Assembly: GCF_009914755.1 (NCBI RefSeq) | Contig: NC_060934.1 | From: the human T2T-CHM13v2.0 reference genome, Homo sapiens | Direction: 5' to 3' (one strand) | DNA: 64,000 bases | Shown here: positions 42,488 through 57,930 of the stretch, piece after piece | Layout of the letters: the number at the start of each line of letters is the position of its first letter | Position numbering within the stretch: the first letter of the stretch is position 1 | Notes under the pieces: model-generated | Told to the model about the DNA's origin: nothing | Seen by the model: the letters and a program-made list of their open reading frames with translations, nothing else | The model's database searches: none | Program-made: the position numbers and the translations under genes

Positions 42488-43457
42488 GCTACATCTGGAG
42501 AGATAATTGAATAAAGATTAGATCCTTCTTCTGATAACTGCTTAATAATTTCAATCAGTCTGTCTAGAAATTCCTTTATCTGCACTGGAAACTGCAGTTT
42601 TGCTTGAGTTATAAAATGAGAGAGAGAAAAAAGATATACATATATATGTATATATATACTTTTTAAGCCAAAGCTACAAGAACTTTCATATATTCATAGT
42701 GATAGTAATTATCAGGACACATGCACATGAAAATCAGCTTGGCAATATATATCAAAATCACAAATGCATATATCCTGTGATCCAAAAATTCTATTTCTGG
42801 ACATGTATCATGTAAATAAACTTGCACACACAAAAGCTTATTTACAGCAGCAATATTTGTTAACAGAAGACTGAAATAGCACAAATATGCATTAATAGGA
42901 CACTTGGTAAATAAATAATGATACAGTCATATAGTGAAATATCATGCACTTCTGGAAGATGTGCTTTATGTATTGTATGGAAAGATCTCCAAGATATTAA
43001 GTAAAAAATTCGAAGAACAAAATAGTGCCATCTTTTGCATTAAAATGGAGGCAAGGGAAAAATAAGAATCTGTGTGTGTATTTGTTTCTAATGAGATTTT
43101 TGGAAATAAAAAGATTTTAAAATGAAGTTATTTCAAAAAGATACACAAAAAAGCAGGAAGTAGGGAGTGAGAGAGAAGGGAGGCATTTCACTGTATGTCT
43201 TCTAATTCTCTGATTTTTAGATTATGTGAATTCAAAAAAATTAAATAATTTTTAAATAGCAAAAGCCATCTATTTAATGCTCAAAACATTTCATTAAATA
43301 CACTTCCTTAAAAAAACAAAGCCTCAGAGATTTTAGCATATCCTCAAATGAATCTGGCCTTTGAACAAAAAATTAGATGACTCTTGTCCTTACTTCTTTA
43401 AAAGAAAATTATTTTTCTTTGCCTTGCAAACCTCAACACAGTTAGTGCTTTCGTCTA

Positions 43458-43808
<351 letters not shown>

Positions 43809-44971
43809 CTAAATCTAGTAGCCAACTTCTCATCACAAGAGTAAATCCTCCCTTGTTTCACGCTTGTGTTCCACCTACCGGTGTCTGGTTAAACTTCAGT
43901 TTCATCATTCTAGCATGTTTTATACCAAATTTGCCTAACTTTACCACATCTTGGGCCTCTTTGTTTCCATCCTGCCTACTGGGCACAAATAAATGCTCAT
44001 TTCTTTCTTTTCTAAATATCCCAGCTAGAACTGTCAATGTATAAAACACTTTCTTTGTTTTGAGAGATCCCCTGCTGGCCAATAAAGTATAAAAAATATT
44101 AACTTGTTTTTATCAATGGACTAAAATAATTACATAGAATGTCAAGGTGGGATGGAAGAAAAGTTGAACAAAATAGGGAATTATGGTCACATTCACTTTT
44201 CTATAAGGAAGGATTCATGGGACAATTGTTAATCAGGAGCTCAGTGGGATATGGATAATTCAATTATCCAGGGGATTTAATGTAAATAAGTGCACATACC
44301 CTCTCTACCATAAGTACTTGAAAGAATTTAATTTTATCATTCTTATTTAAAAAATTATTTTAAAAGTTGGAAAAATTGGGAGGCAAAAGAAAAGCTTTGA
44401 GCTAAGAAGTAAAACTTAACTTTAAGACCCTGTTATCAGGTCATACTCTCCTGGCTCACTGTGAATTTCTCTGCGAGTCCCTAAGCTTGCCTGATTCTTC
44501 AGCTGGGTCACTGCAACATCTATTTTAAAGTTGCTGTTTTCTTTAATAATTTGTACTTTACTGATATTTTGTGCCTAAATGAGGTATTTCCAGATTTTAT
44601 TGTTTACTTACGATTAATAACTTTCAGATGTTTTAATTAGTCGAGTGGTTATTTTTGCATATTTTTTCTAACAAAATTTAGCTCAGATACTTTGACTTCT
44701 GTATAGAAATATGTTCCCTGGACATTCTTAATCACAACCTTTGTTCAATGTATTCTAAAACCAGCTCTCAATAGCGGTAATGTTCTTGCAAAGTTTAAAT
44801 ACTTTTTTATAGTTTAAACAAACTTAGTGAGACTTAAAAATGAAATGAATTAATAAAAAATCATAATTTATCTTATTAAGAAGTATATATAACATTAAAC
44901 TGAGGTTTGTTGGCTACATATTACCTGGTGAGAAAAGCCTAGCAAATTGAATCTAAGATTCAGAGAAATTG

Positions 44972-45540
<569 letters not shown>

Positions 45541-45699
45541 CTATTATTATTTGCTTGAATTTTACTACACAAAAATATTCTGGTAAATTAATGCTCCCAC
45601 AAAAAGTTCTGAACCAGATTTAGGGCAAGTAAAAGGTGAAAGGAAAATATGAAACAAATGACTCCAGCCATATCTGAAAGGAGAATAAGGAATTTTTAA

Positions 45700-46623
<924 letters not shown>

Positions 46624-46871
46624 CCAAAGGAATTACTTTTAACTAAGAAACCTCCCACCCACCACCTCCAGTTGATATATGACCTTTGGAGTCCAGCATA
46701 CCCATTCACCTCCTAACCCCAAAGTTAAAAACAAATTGGTCATGGAGAAATAACAAAAGGCAAGACTTAGAAGAGGATAGTTTGAGAAAAAGAAAGAGAC
46801 ACAAAATTTCTGAGCTTGCTTATTTCCCACCTCTTGCCTTCCACCTATGATTTAGACATGTTTAAGTTCAG

Positions 46872-46938
46872 CCACTATTAGCTCTTCCTCCTACTTATCT
46901 AACCACTATTAGCTCTTCCTCCTACTTATCTAACCACT
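46872..46938. repeat. Perfect 31-bp tandem duplication
   Basis: CCACTATTAGCTCTTCCTCCTACTTATCTAA x2 plus CCACT. Confidence 0.97.
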
Positions 46939-47264
46939 TCTGTTCTTGCCCCAAATTATACGTCAGTATTTAAATTTGTCATTCATGGGAAAAAAGTGAA
47001 ATGAAAGAAAATAGAGCTTTCAAAAGAAACAGAAAGGAAAAATTTGACCCGTCTCTCTCCTTCTGAAATTCTCTAACCATCAAATCAACAAAGACCATCT
47101 TGGTTTCTGGCAGTGATGACTCAAAATCACAGCAAAGACCTTGAGGATGCTGAAGGCAAAGTTAAATGCCTCTCCTAAGATCACGCAAGTGGTCAGAGAA
47201 AAACCTAGGACTAGATCCCAGAACTTCTACATTTTTAAAAAATAAATAGAATCACTTAAAAAGA

Positions 47265-47760
47265 TGCAGGCATGTATGCCCATACAAAGACTTGTACATA
47301 AATGTTTATAACAGCTTTGGGTGTAATAGACAAAAACTGGAAAAACCCAAATGCTTTAAATGGATGATTGGATAAATTATGGTATATACCTACTACTCAG
47401 CTATAAAAGGGAAGGAACACAAAAAAATATAGATTAATCTCAAAATAATTATGCCAAAAGAAGCCAGATCAAAATAAGGAAAAAAAAAAGTACTGTCTGA
47501 TCCCATTCATATAAAACTCCACAAAATGCAGTCTAATCTATATTCACAGAAAGCAGATCAGTGGTTTCCTGGAGAGAAGGGGCAGTAAGAAAGGATCACA
47601 AAGGGGTATGCACAAATAATATTTTGGAGGTGATGTACAGGTTCATAATATTGAATGTACTGATGGTTTCACAGGTGTGTACACATGCAAAAACTTATAC
47701 AATTGTACAATTGAAATATGCCATGCTATTGTATGTCAATAATACTCCAATACAGCTGTT
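47265..47760 (+). mobile_element. Old L1M 3' fragment
   Basis: acaaagacttgtacataaatgtttata...gatggtttcacaggtgtgtac. Confidence 0.7.
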
Positions 47761-47902
47761 TGTTTTTAGTTTTGTGTTTAAACTGAATATTCCACAAGTC
47801 TTAAGAAATTGATTCTCAGGAGATTGCAAAAGTGAACTGACTCCCTTCTGTTGATGGAATTCCTCCTGGGATTATTTTTTTCCAAGAAGTAGTGAACTCT
47901 GA

Positions 47903-48253
<351 letters not shown>

Positions 48254-49289
48254 GTGAACTCTGAACAGGAGCAAACGTTATCCCCTTCAGTGTGCATTGG
48301 CAAAGCAAGGCCACTGCTTCTACTTACAACTTTGTACTTCTTCATGATAGGAAGGATTGTACAGCCCCAGGCTATTTTTTATCATAAATGCAACCTCCCA
48401 AAAGTCTATTATTACTAGAGAATAAGGAGTAAATTGAAAGGGAAAAAATTAAAGGAATTACCACAATTGAAAACAGAATAGCATCTGCAGGAGCTGCTTT
48501 CATTCAGCGGTTTTCCTACAGAACCTGTATCAACCGCCCAGAGGAAGGTCCATGAGAGTAACAGCTAAAGCTCCTCAGCTGAAAATCTCACCCAGTTAAG
48601 TTTTCCTTCCAACACAACACTACATACTTAGTATGTTTTTCTCAACATACTAAGCCAAGCAATTCTTACTAAGAAGGAGATACTCTGAAAATCTCGAAGG
48701 AGGGGGGAAAAAAAACCTTCCAGGCTGAATTAAGTGTGCTTTTCTGGGCTGTATTAACACCTTTATCTCAGTTATTTAGACTTTGTAACAATCTGACTCA
48801 GCTTTGTACCCCCAGGACCAAGCAAAGTGCCACGTATATATTAGATGCATAGTACAGATTCTGAAAAAAGATAAGAGCAGTCCAACAGTTCAGTGGCAGA
48901 AGAAAAGGCCCCAACGCAGCATGCTATTTAACTTTCTAATAACAACAATTATTACGACTCCCATTTAAGCTCTTGCGAGGCGCCAGCCACCGCAGGCAGC
49001 GCTTCTGATCTACTGTCAATTACTCCTCCACCGACCCTATGGCAGTACCATTAATTCCATTTTTCAGGAATCTGAGGTTCACCCAGCTGAAGTACTGGAA
49101 GCAAAGTGTCAGCTGTTTAAAAAGCAGTATCGCTGGGACTTTAACCAGGATTGATGCCCAAGTCTGCTTTCGACCACGCCGTTGGCTAACAAGAGAGGTA
49201 GGATGGGATGCCTGGAGGAGCTAAGGGGAGAGCACGAGGATGCAGAGAGAGGAATCAGACATCCCTGCTGTCCTCGCGGTCCAGGAGCA

Positions 49290-49990
49290 CTGGGCAGCTT
49301 CACTGACCGGAGACCGCGCCTGTCCAGGAAAGTGGACAGCGCCCAGGGAAGAGTGGGCTTCTCTCTGAAGTTGCTCTCTGAAGTTGCCCTGGTTGATTGG
49401 CAGATGCCTTGAGCCAACGCCCGCAGAAAAAGCACCCGCAGGCACCCCAGGCAAGACTCGCTGGGTCCAAACGCAGAGGGTCTTGCCGGCCGGCAGAGCC
49501 TCGGGGCGCGACCCTCCCCTTGCTGAAGGCACCAGCTTCCACGCCGCACTCGCACCTGGCAGCGCCGCGGCGCCGGCACTCTCACCTGGAGCTGTCCTGC
49601 CGGGCCGCTGTCTCGAGTCGCAGTGCCAGCTCTCAGGGGCCGGGGTGCGGATAGGGGACCTGCAGGGGGCCTGGTCTGCCTTGTCGGGAGGGCGGATGCC
49701 CACCACCCTCGGACTATTTGTTCAGCCAATCAGAGCAGCCAGCCACCGGGAAGTGCCTCGGAGACTCCGCCCCAGACCAGCGCGGCCGCTTGCCAGCCCC
49801 CCAGTTGACCCCATAGAGCATGCGCCGTAGGCGTTTCTAAGAGATGGAGCCCGTCCTCCGCCTCGCAGGCTGGCAGGTCCACAGCTCTACCAGCGCGTCG
49901 CCTACGCATGCTCTCTTAGCAAAGGCTGTTTTAGGCGGCCTTCTGCTCCGCCCCCGAAGCTCCTGCAGGGCTGGCACCTTCTGCGCCTGA
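49290..49990 (-). promoter_or_regulatory. LIPA: LIPA CpG-island promoter
   Basis: CpG dense. CCAAT at 49726-49730, ETS-like GGAAGTG near 49749, GC box CTCCGCCCC near 49765, NRF1-like GCATGCGC at 49818. TATA-less. Confidence 0.85.
49586..49640 (-). other. LIPA: LIPA non-coding exon 1 (5' end approximate)
   Basis: ...GACAGCTCCAG|gtgaga donor at 49586/49585 inside a CpG island. Confidence 0.85.
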
Positions 49991-50373
49991 CAGAGAGCAT
50001 GTGGGCTCTATAAATGAAAGTGAATCATGGGCTCCATTTAAAGCGCTTATCATTGTGCCTGATGCAAAGCAATCTTGCTGCTTTAAATTTTTTATTATTA
50101 TTAAAGATTTGTTAAAAGAGGAAACAATATTCAATATGTACATATTATTTATTAATCATTTTCTAAAACAAAGATTTTATTGAGCACCTACTAAATGCCA
50201 GGCATTAGTAAGACAGTGGAGGTATAGAAACCAACCAAACAAGGTTCCTGTTCTCTTGTATATATTCTGATGGGAAGAGACACATCATGAATAACTATAT
50301 AATACATGAGGTGGTGATAAGTGCTATAAATAACAACAAAAACAAACAAACAACAACAACAACAAACAACAAG

Positions 50374-50719
<346 letters not shown>

Positions 50720-51068
50720 TTATGAAGTGACACCTGAGCACAGGCAAGGAGGTAGTTAACAGCCTTAGATACTGGAGAAAGCACATTCTGGGTGAAAATA
50801 GCAGGTACAAAGGCCCTGTGGTAGGAATATTCCTGGTGGGTCCTAGCCAGAGTGGTGAGGTCTTTGAGGCTAAAACAGAATGTACATAGTAGAAAGTAAT
50901 AGAACATGAAGTCCTAGAAGTCTGGTGCCTTGGGAGCCACTTGTCAAGATCTTACCGTGTCTTCTGAGTAAGATGAGAAGCCAGTGTAATATTTTCAATA
51001 GAAGGGCAGCATAATCTAGTTTAGAAAGATCATTCTGAACTACAGAAGCAGGGAGACTAATTAGAAGG

Positions 51069-53370
51069 TGTATTAGTCTGTTCTCATGCTGCTAATAAAG
51101 ACATACCCAAGACTGGGTAATTTATGAAGGAAAAAGGTTTAACTGACTCACAGTTTCACAGGACTGGGGAGGCCTCACAATCATGGCAGAAGGCAAAAGG
51201 CTTGTCTTACATGGCGGCACATGTGAGAGAAAGAACCAAGTAAAAGGATTTTCCTCTTATAAAACCATCAGACCTTGTGAGACTTATTTACCACCACAAG
51301 AACAGTATGGGCTAGACTGCCCCCATGATTCAGTTATCTCCCACCGGGTCCCTCCCACAACATGTGGGAATTACAGGAGCTACAATTCAAGATGAGATTT
51401 GGGTGGGGACACAGCCAAACCATATCATTCTGCCCTTGGCCACTCCCAAATCTCATGTCCTCACATTTCAAAACCAATCATGCCTTCCCAGTAGTCCCCC
51501 AAAGTCTTAACTCATTTCAGCATTAACTCAAAAGTCCATAGTCCAAAGTCTCACCTGAGACAAGGCAAGTCCCTTCCACCTATTAGCTGGTAAAATCAAA
51601 AGCAAGTTAGTTGCTTCTTAGATACAATGGGGGTACAGGCATTGGATAAATACACCTGTTTCAAATGGGAGAAACTGGCCAAAATGAAGGAGCTAAAAGC
51701 CGCATGCAAGTCCAGATCCATCAAGGCAGTCATTTCTTAAAGCTCCAAAATGATCTCCTTTGACTCCATGTCTCACATCCAGGTCACACTGATGCAGGAG
51801 GTGGGTTCCCATGGTCTTGGGCAGCTCTGCCCCTGTGGCTTTGCAGGGGGACCCTTCCTCCTGGCTCCTTTCACAGGCTGGTGTTGAGTGTCTGTAGCTT
51901 TCCCAGGTGCACAGTGCAAGCTATCGGTGGATCTACCATTCTGGGGTCTGGAGGACAGTGGCTCTCTTCTCACAGCTGCACTAGGCAGTGCCCCATTGGG
52001 GACTCTGTGTGAGGCCTCCAATCCCACATTTCCCTTCTGCACTGACCTAGCCCAGGCTCTCCTTGAGGGCCCCACCCCTGCAGCAAACTTCTGCCTGGAC
52101 ATTCAGGCTTTTCCACACATCCTCTGAAATACAGGTGGAGGTTCCCAAACCTCAATTCTTGACTTCTGTGCACCCACAGGCTCAACACCACATGGAAACT
52201 GCCAAGGCTTAGGGACTGTACCCTGTGAAGCCATGGTCTGAGCTGTACTTTAACCCCTTTTTGCCATGGCTAGAGTGACTGGGACACAGGCTGGGACACA
52301 AGTCCCTAGGCTGCACACAGCAGGGAGGACCTGAGCCAGCCCACAAAAGTATTTTTTCCTCCTAGGCCTCTGGGCCTGTGATGGGAGGGGCTGCCTCAAA
52401 GGTCTCTGACATGCCCTGTCAGACATTTTCCCCATTGTCTTGGTAATTAACATTTGGCTCCTCATTACTTATGCAAATTTCTGCAGCCAGCTTGAATTTC
52501 TGCTCAGAAAATGGGTTTTTCTTTTCTATCGTATTGTCAGACTGCAAATTTTCTGAACTTTTATGTTTTGTTTCCCTTTTAAAACTGAATTCTTTTAACA
52601 GCACCCAAGTCACCATTTCAATGTTTTACTGCTTAGAAATTTCTTCCCCCAGATACCCTAAAGCATCTCCCTCAAGTTCAAAGTTTCACAAATCTCTAGG
52701 GCAGGGACAAAATGCCCCCAGTATCTTTGCTAAAACATAGCAAGAGTCACCTTTACTACAGTTCACAACAAGTTTCTCATCTCCATCTGAGACCACCTCA
52801 GCCTGGATTTCATTGTCCATATCATTATCAGCATTTTGGTCAAAGCCATTCAACAGTTCTCTAAGAAGTTCCAAACTTTCCCACGTCTTCCTGACTTCTT
52901 CTGAGCCCTCCAAACTGTTCCAACCTCTGCCTGTTACCCAGTTCCAAAGCCACTTCCACATTTTTGGGTATCTTTACAATAGCACCCCATTCTACTGGTA
53001 CCAATTTACTGTGTCAGTTCTTATGCTGCTAATAAAGACATACCCAAAACTAGGTAATTTGTAAAGGAAAGAGGTTTAATTGACTCACAGTTCCACGTGG
53101 CTAGGGAGGCCTCACAATCATGGCAGAAGGCAAAAGGCACGTCTTACATGGCAGCAGACATGAGAGGATATGAGAACCAAGTGAAAGGGGTTTCCCCTTA
53201 TAAACCCATCAGATCTCATGAGACCTAGTCACTACCACAAGAAAGGTATGGGGAAAACTGCCCCCCATGATTTAATTATCTCCCACTGGGTCCCTCCCAC
53301 AACATGTGGGCATTATGGGAACTACAATTCAAGATAATGATTTGGGTGGGGACACAGCCAAACCATATCA
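51069..53370 (-). mobile_element. Complete THE1-family MaLR element (LTR 51069-51427, internal region, LTR 53010-53370)
   Basis: Two direct LTRs TG...CCATATCA, ~1.58-kb internal region, 5-bp TSD GAAGG at 51064-51068 and 53371-53375. Flanks look L2-like. Confidence 0.95.
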
Positions 53371-54749
53371 GAAGGCTACCACAATAGTCCAAGTGAGAGT
53401 TAATAATGACTTGGACCAGGATGGTGATAGCAGTGAAAGTGGAGAAAAATAGGCAGCTCTAGGTATGTTTATAAAGTTGAACCAATAGGACTTGCTGGTG
53501 GATTGAATACAGGTATGAGAGGGACAGTAGCATCAAGGATGGCACTAATGGAGTTGCCATGAATTTGAATGGACAAACTACCAGGAAGAACAACTTGAGA
53601 GGGAAATTAGGAGTTTGTTCTAGATGTGTTGGTTTTGAGATGCCTTTTAGAGACCTGTGTCAACTCAGGCCATGTCAGGAAATAGAAGCCACTCTAGGCA
53701 TTGCAAACAGAGGACATGGTTACACAGGTAATGACATTGCTGAGAAGACAAACAGGGTTTGGGTGGCACCACAGAAATTATTAGCAACAGTGGAAAGAGC
53801 TGGGGCATTATTGGATGAAGGAAGTGTCACACCATAGACCAGAAGTTGAGCAACAGTCTCTGTCAGAGACACTACTCATGGCCAAGAAAGAGAGGAGCTA
53901 GAAATAGCTGGACCTCCCCTTCTTTCTTCCTTCTTCCTTCAGTCTTCCACAAGTCCCTTCTGAGGATCCTAGGCAGGCTAAAGGTGGCTGACACAAGAGC
54001 CTGCAGAGGTCAGACCACTCCACCCTCCACAAGACAGAGCAGAGCAGAGGTAGGACAGGGAAAGGATTTGGAACAAAAAGGAGAAGATTGGAAAAACATC
54101 CACATGGAGATGTTGAGTAGGGACTAGGATATATAGATGTATTCAAGCTCCAGGCTAGAGATATGATTTGTGACTAATCAGATTAGAAACAGTATTTAAA
54201 GACATGAGGCTGGAGGAGATCCCCTATAAAGTAAGCATAAGTAGCAAAGAACACACGTAGAGATTCAGAAGATATAAAAGCTGAGAAGACAATGAGGTTG
54301 GAGGAGAAATGAGTGTGTTGTACTTGACATGAACTGAAGAAAGAAATTTCATGAAAGAGGAAATGATCAGCCCAGGCAAGTGCCAATGACAGCTTAAGTG
54401 AAGTGAGTACTGAGAAACGAGCAACAGATTGAGCAGCATTTCTGTGTGTCAGACATTGGGCAATATAGTTACCCTTTCTAAGCCTCAGCGTCTTCACTTG
54501 TAAAATGGGTGTATGAAGGTAGTCTTGAGGATTAACTGAGACACTGTATGTAGAGGGCTTAGCACAATTTCACAAAAGTAAAAAGTGATGTAGCCCAAAA
54601 TGCAACCCAGGCAAACTAAATCCAGGTTGTCATCCGTGAGTGAATGAATGAAAATATAACCACGAGGTTCCTTCACTCAGGTAGGGGAAGATTTCTCCTA
54701 CTTCCTGCTTTGGGCCATTGTGAGCCACAGTGACTGGTGGATGACCTAT

Positions 54750-55170
54750 ACCTTTTCCAAGTTAAACTTAATAAAGAGAGAAAAGGAGACTCTACATAAG
54801 AAAATGATATTTATTCAGGTTTGCAATGTGAATAAGTGTGCCATATTACACTATGTGCATATTTAAAGAAGTTAAGACAAGGGGAAGTTTTTAAAGGCAA
54901 AATGAGAAAGAATAAATAAGTTGTTTTGAATCAATTGTCCTTGGCTACGAGGATCAATAACAAGGGTGGCATTGGTCCAAGGACTGACAGTTGCTGAATA
55001 GACATCCTTGCAGAAGTATTTTCTGTGCAAGACTGCATTTTTGGCAGTCTTTTGTGATAGTTCTGAATTTCAGGCATATGTGTGAGAATACTCCCTTTAT
55101 GGCCTTCCATGGGTCCATTTGCCAGGACTTTAATATAAAGGACTTCATTTTGATTTTGACAACTTTCACA
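54750..55170 (-). mobile_element. ERV1-type solo LTR (MER65-like)
   Basis: Minus strand starts TGTGAAAGTTGTCAAAATCAAAATGAAGTC; family name from recall. Confidence 0.6.
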
Positions 55171-55989
55171 ACTATAAAAAGAAAGTTTTATAGAAAACAG
55201 GAGGTAGTAGTGGTGTGTGTGTGTGTGTGCATATATGAACATGTGTGTTTGGGATGGTCACTTTATATCATAAGCCAGACTGGTGAAATAAAGACAGAAA
55301 CAATACTAATAGCAGTTCTGCTTCCAGCAAAGATAGAGTAACAATGACCTGGTTTACTCTCCTACTTTAAACAGCTAAGTTGGAAAAAGTATGAAACGAT
55401 AATTTCAGACATTGGACAACAAATAGTGCAAAAGAAAGAGCAATCCTTGAGAAAAGGAAAACAAATGAAATGATCCCTGCAATGCCTCAGATAATTGCCT
55501 GGACAGATTTTCCAGGCTGTAGTTTAGGGAGGCCAAATCCAAGCAAAATCCAGCAGTTTATCTAAATAGAGGAGAAAAATGAGAATTAAAAAAGCATTCT
55601 CATCTGGCAGTAGGAATTCTCTTAAGGCAGCAGAGTTGCAGGGCAGAATGCTGGAGCAGAGAGAGCTGAAGAGAGAGAGAGGCTGTGGCGAGCTGCAGAT
55701 GGGTTCCTTCAAGTCTTTAACTAACAGTTTGCATGTGAAGAAACTATGCTAGACCATAGTTTAGTGGAAAGAACCACCTGCAAACGGTAAGATCCCCAAG
55801 GCTCACACAAAACTTGGAATGGTTTAAGTTACAACCAGCCAGAGTGGGAAAACATTGTAACACAGAAGGCACTCAATAAAAGATTCATAAGACTATTGTC
55901 TCAGTATTGGAGCAAGATCAGCCCTAAGTTAAGGCTGCCTTTTAAAAATAAGAATACTGAATAAGAATAAGAATACTGAATACTGGGAA

Positions 55990-57930
55990 GTAGACCCCCA
56001 ATTGATTTTTACCAAGGTTCCATGACAATTCAATGGGGAAAGAATAATCTTTTTAACAATGGTGCTAGAACACTTGAATAGCTATATGCGAAACAATGAA
56101 CCTAGACCCTTAAGTCATAGAAAAATTAACTCAAAATGGACCATACACATACATTTGAAAGTTAAAAATATAGGAGTTCCTGGAAAAAAATTGGAGAAAA
56201 TCTTAAGAAATTTGAGTTTTGTCAAAGATTGTTTAAATACAACACAAAAAGCACAACCTATAAAAGAAAAAATATCAACAAATTGGACCCCTTCAAAGTA
56301 AAGTAACTTTTTTTTCTAAAAAAAAGACGTTTTATAACCATGATGAGATACCACTTCATACCCACTAGGATAGCTATAATAAAAAATACAGGTAATAACA
56401 AGTGTTGATGAGGATGTGGAGAAATGTGAACCCTTGCACACTGCTGCTGGAAATGTGAAATGGTGTGGCCACTTTGGAAAACAGTCTGTCTGGAAGTTCC
56501 TCAAAAAGGTAAACATAGAGTTATCATATGACCCATCAACTGCACTTTCAAGTATATACCCAGTAGAAATAAGAACTGATGTTTACATAAAAACTTGTAC
56601 ATGAATGTTCATAGGAGCATCACTCAATATAGCCAAAAAGTGGAAACAACCATATGTTCATCAACTGATGAAGACATGAATAAATAAAATTTGATATGTT
56701 CATACAATGGAATATTCTTCTATAATTTAAAAATGAAGCACTGATACTAACTACAACATGGATGAATCTTGAAAACATTATGCCAAATTTAAAAAGCCAC
56801 TCAAAAAAGACCCTTCCACTTGCATGAAATGTCCAGAATAGGCAAATCTCTGCAGACAGCAAGTAGATTAGTAGTTGCCTAGGGATGATGGTGGGTTGAT
56901 GGCTAAAGGATGGGGAAGAAGAGGAAGTTAGGATGATGAAAATGTTCTAAAATTAATTGCAATGATAGTTGCACAGCTCTGCAAATATACTGAATGCCAT
57001 TGTTCCCTTTAAATGGTGAATTGAATGGTATGCAGATTGTATCTCAGTAAGTTTTTTTAACTTTATAAAATGATTTGGTCTGCTCCTTAAAAACTAAAAA
57101 CCCGATCAAAAATGAGCAAAATATTTGGACAGACATTTCACTAAAGAAGATATATGGATGATGAATAAACATGTGAAAAGATGTTCAACACCATTAATCA
57201 TTAGGAAAATGCAAATGAAAACCACAATGAGATAACACTATTCTACCCACCAGGATGGCTAAAATTAAAAAGTGTTGGCAAGGATGTGAAGCAGCTGGGA
57301 AACTCTTTCATCGCTGATGGGAATGTAAAATGGTACAATCACTTTAGATAAAAGATTATAAGTATATCTACCATATGGCCCAGCTATTCTACTCTTAAGT
57401 ATTTACTCAAGAGAAATGAAAGTGTTTGTCCACAAATGATCATAGCAGTTTTATTTGTAATAGCCATAAACTGGAAACAACACAAATGCCCATCAACAGG
57501 TAAATGGATAAACAAATTGTGGTGTATCTATACAATGGAATATTACTCTGCAATAAAAGAATAATGATCTTCTGATGCACACAGCAACATGAATGACTCT
57601 TAAAATAATTATTCTGAGAGAAAGAGGACAAACAAAAACAGTACATGTCTCATTTCATTTTCATAAAAATATAGAAATTGTAAATTAGTCTACAGTCACA
57701 GAAAATTAGTGGTTTCCTGGAGAGGGGACATTTTTCTTTGGGGAGGAGAGGAGGCTGGATGACAGAGAGGCATGGGGAAACTTGGAGGGAATAAATATAT
57801 TTGTTATCTTCACTGTAGTGATGGTTTCACAGGTATATACATATGTGAAAACTCATCAAAATGTACAATTTAAATATGTGCAGTTTAATCTTCATCTGTC
57901 ATACTTCGATAAGCCTATTTAAAAAAATAC
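55990..57930 (+). mobile_element. Old L1 (L1M) ORF2-end/3'UTR fragments, two tandem pieces
   Basis: Degenerate L1 3' sequence, repeated from about 57100. Confidence 0.8.

Noticed and set aside
49109-49830. 148-206 aa ORFs across the LIPA promoter
   Set aside because: Stop-poor GC-rich sequence crossing the exon 1 donor; no homology recognised.
49290-50000. CLEAR (TFEB) element or LXR DR4 in the LIPA promoter
   Set aside because: No GTCACGTGAC-like or convincing DR4 match found by eye.
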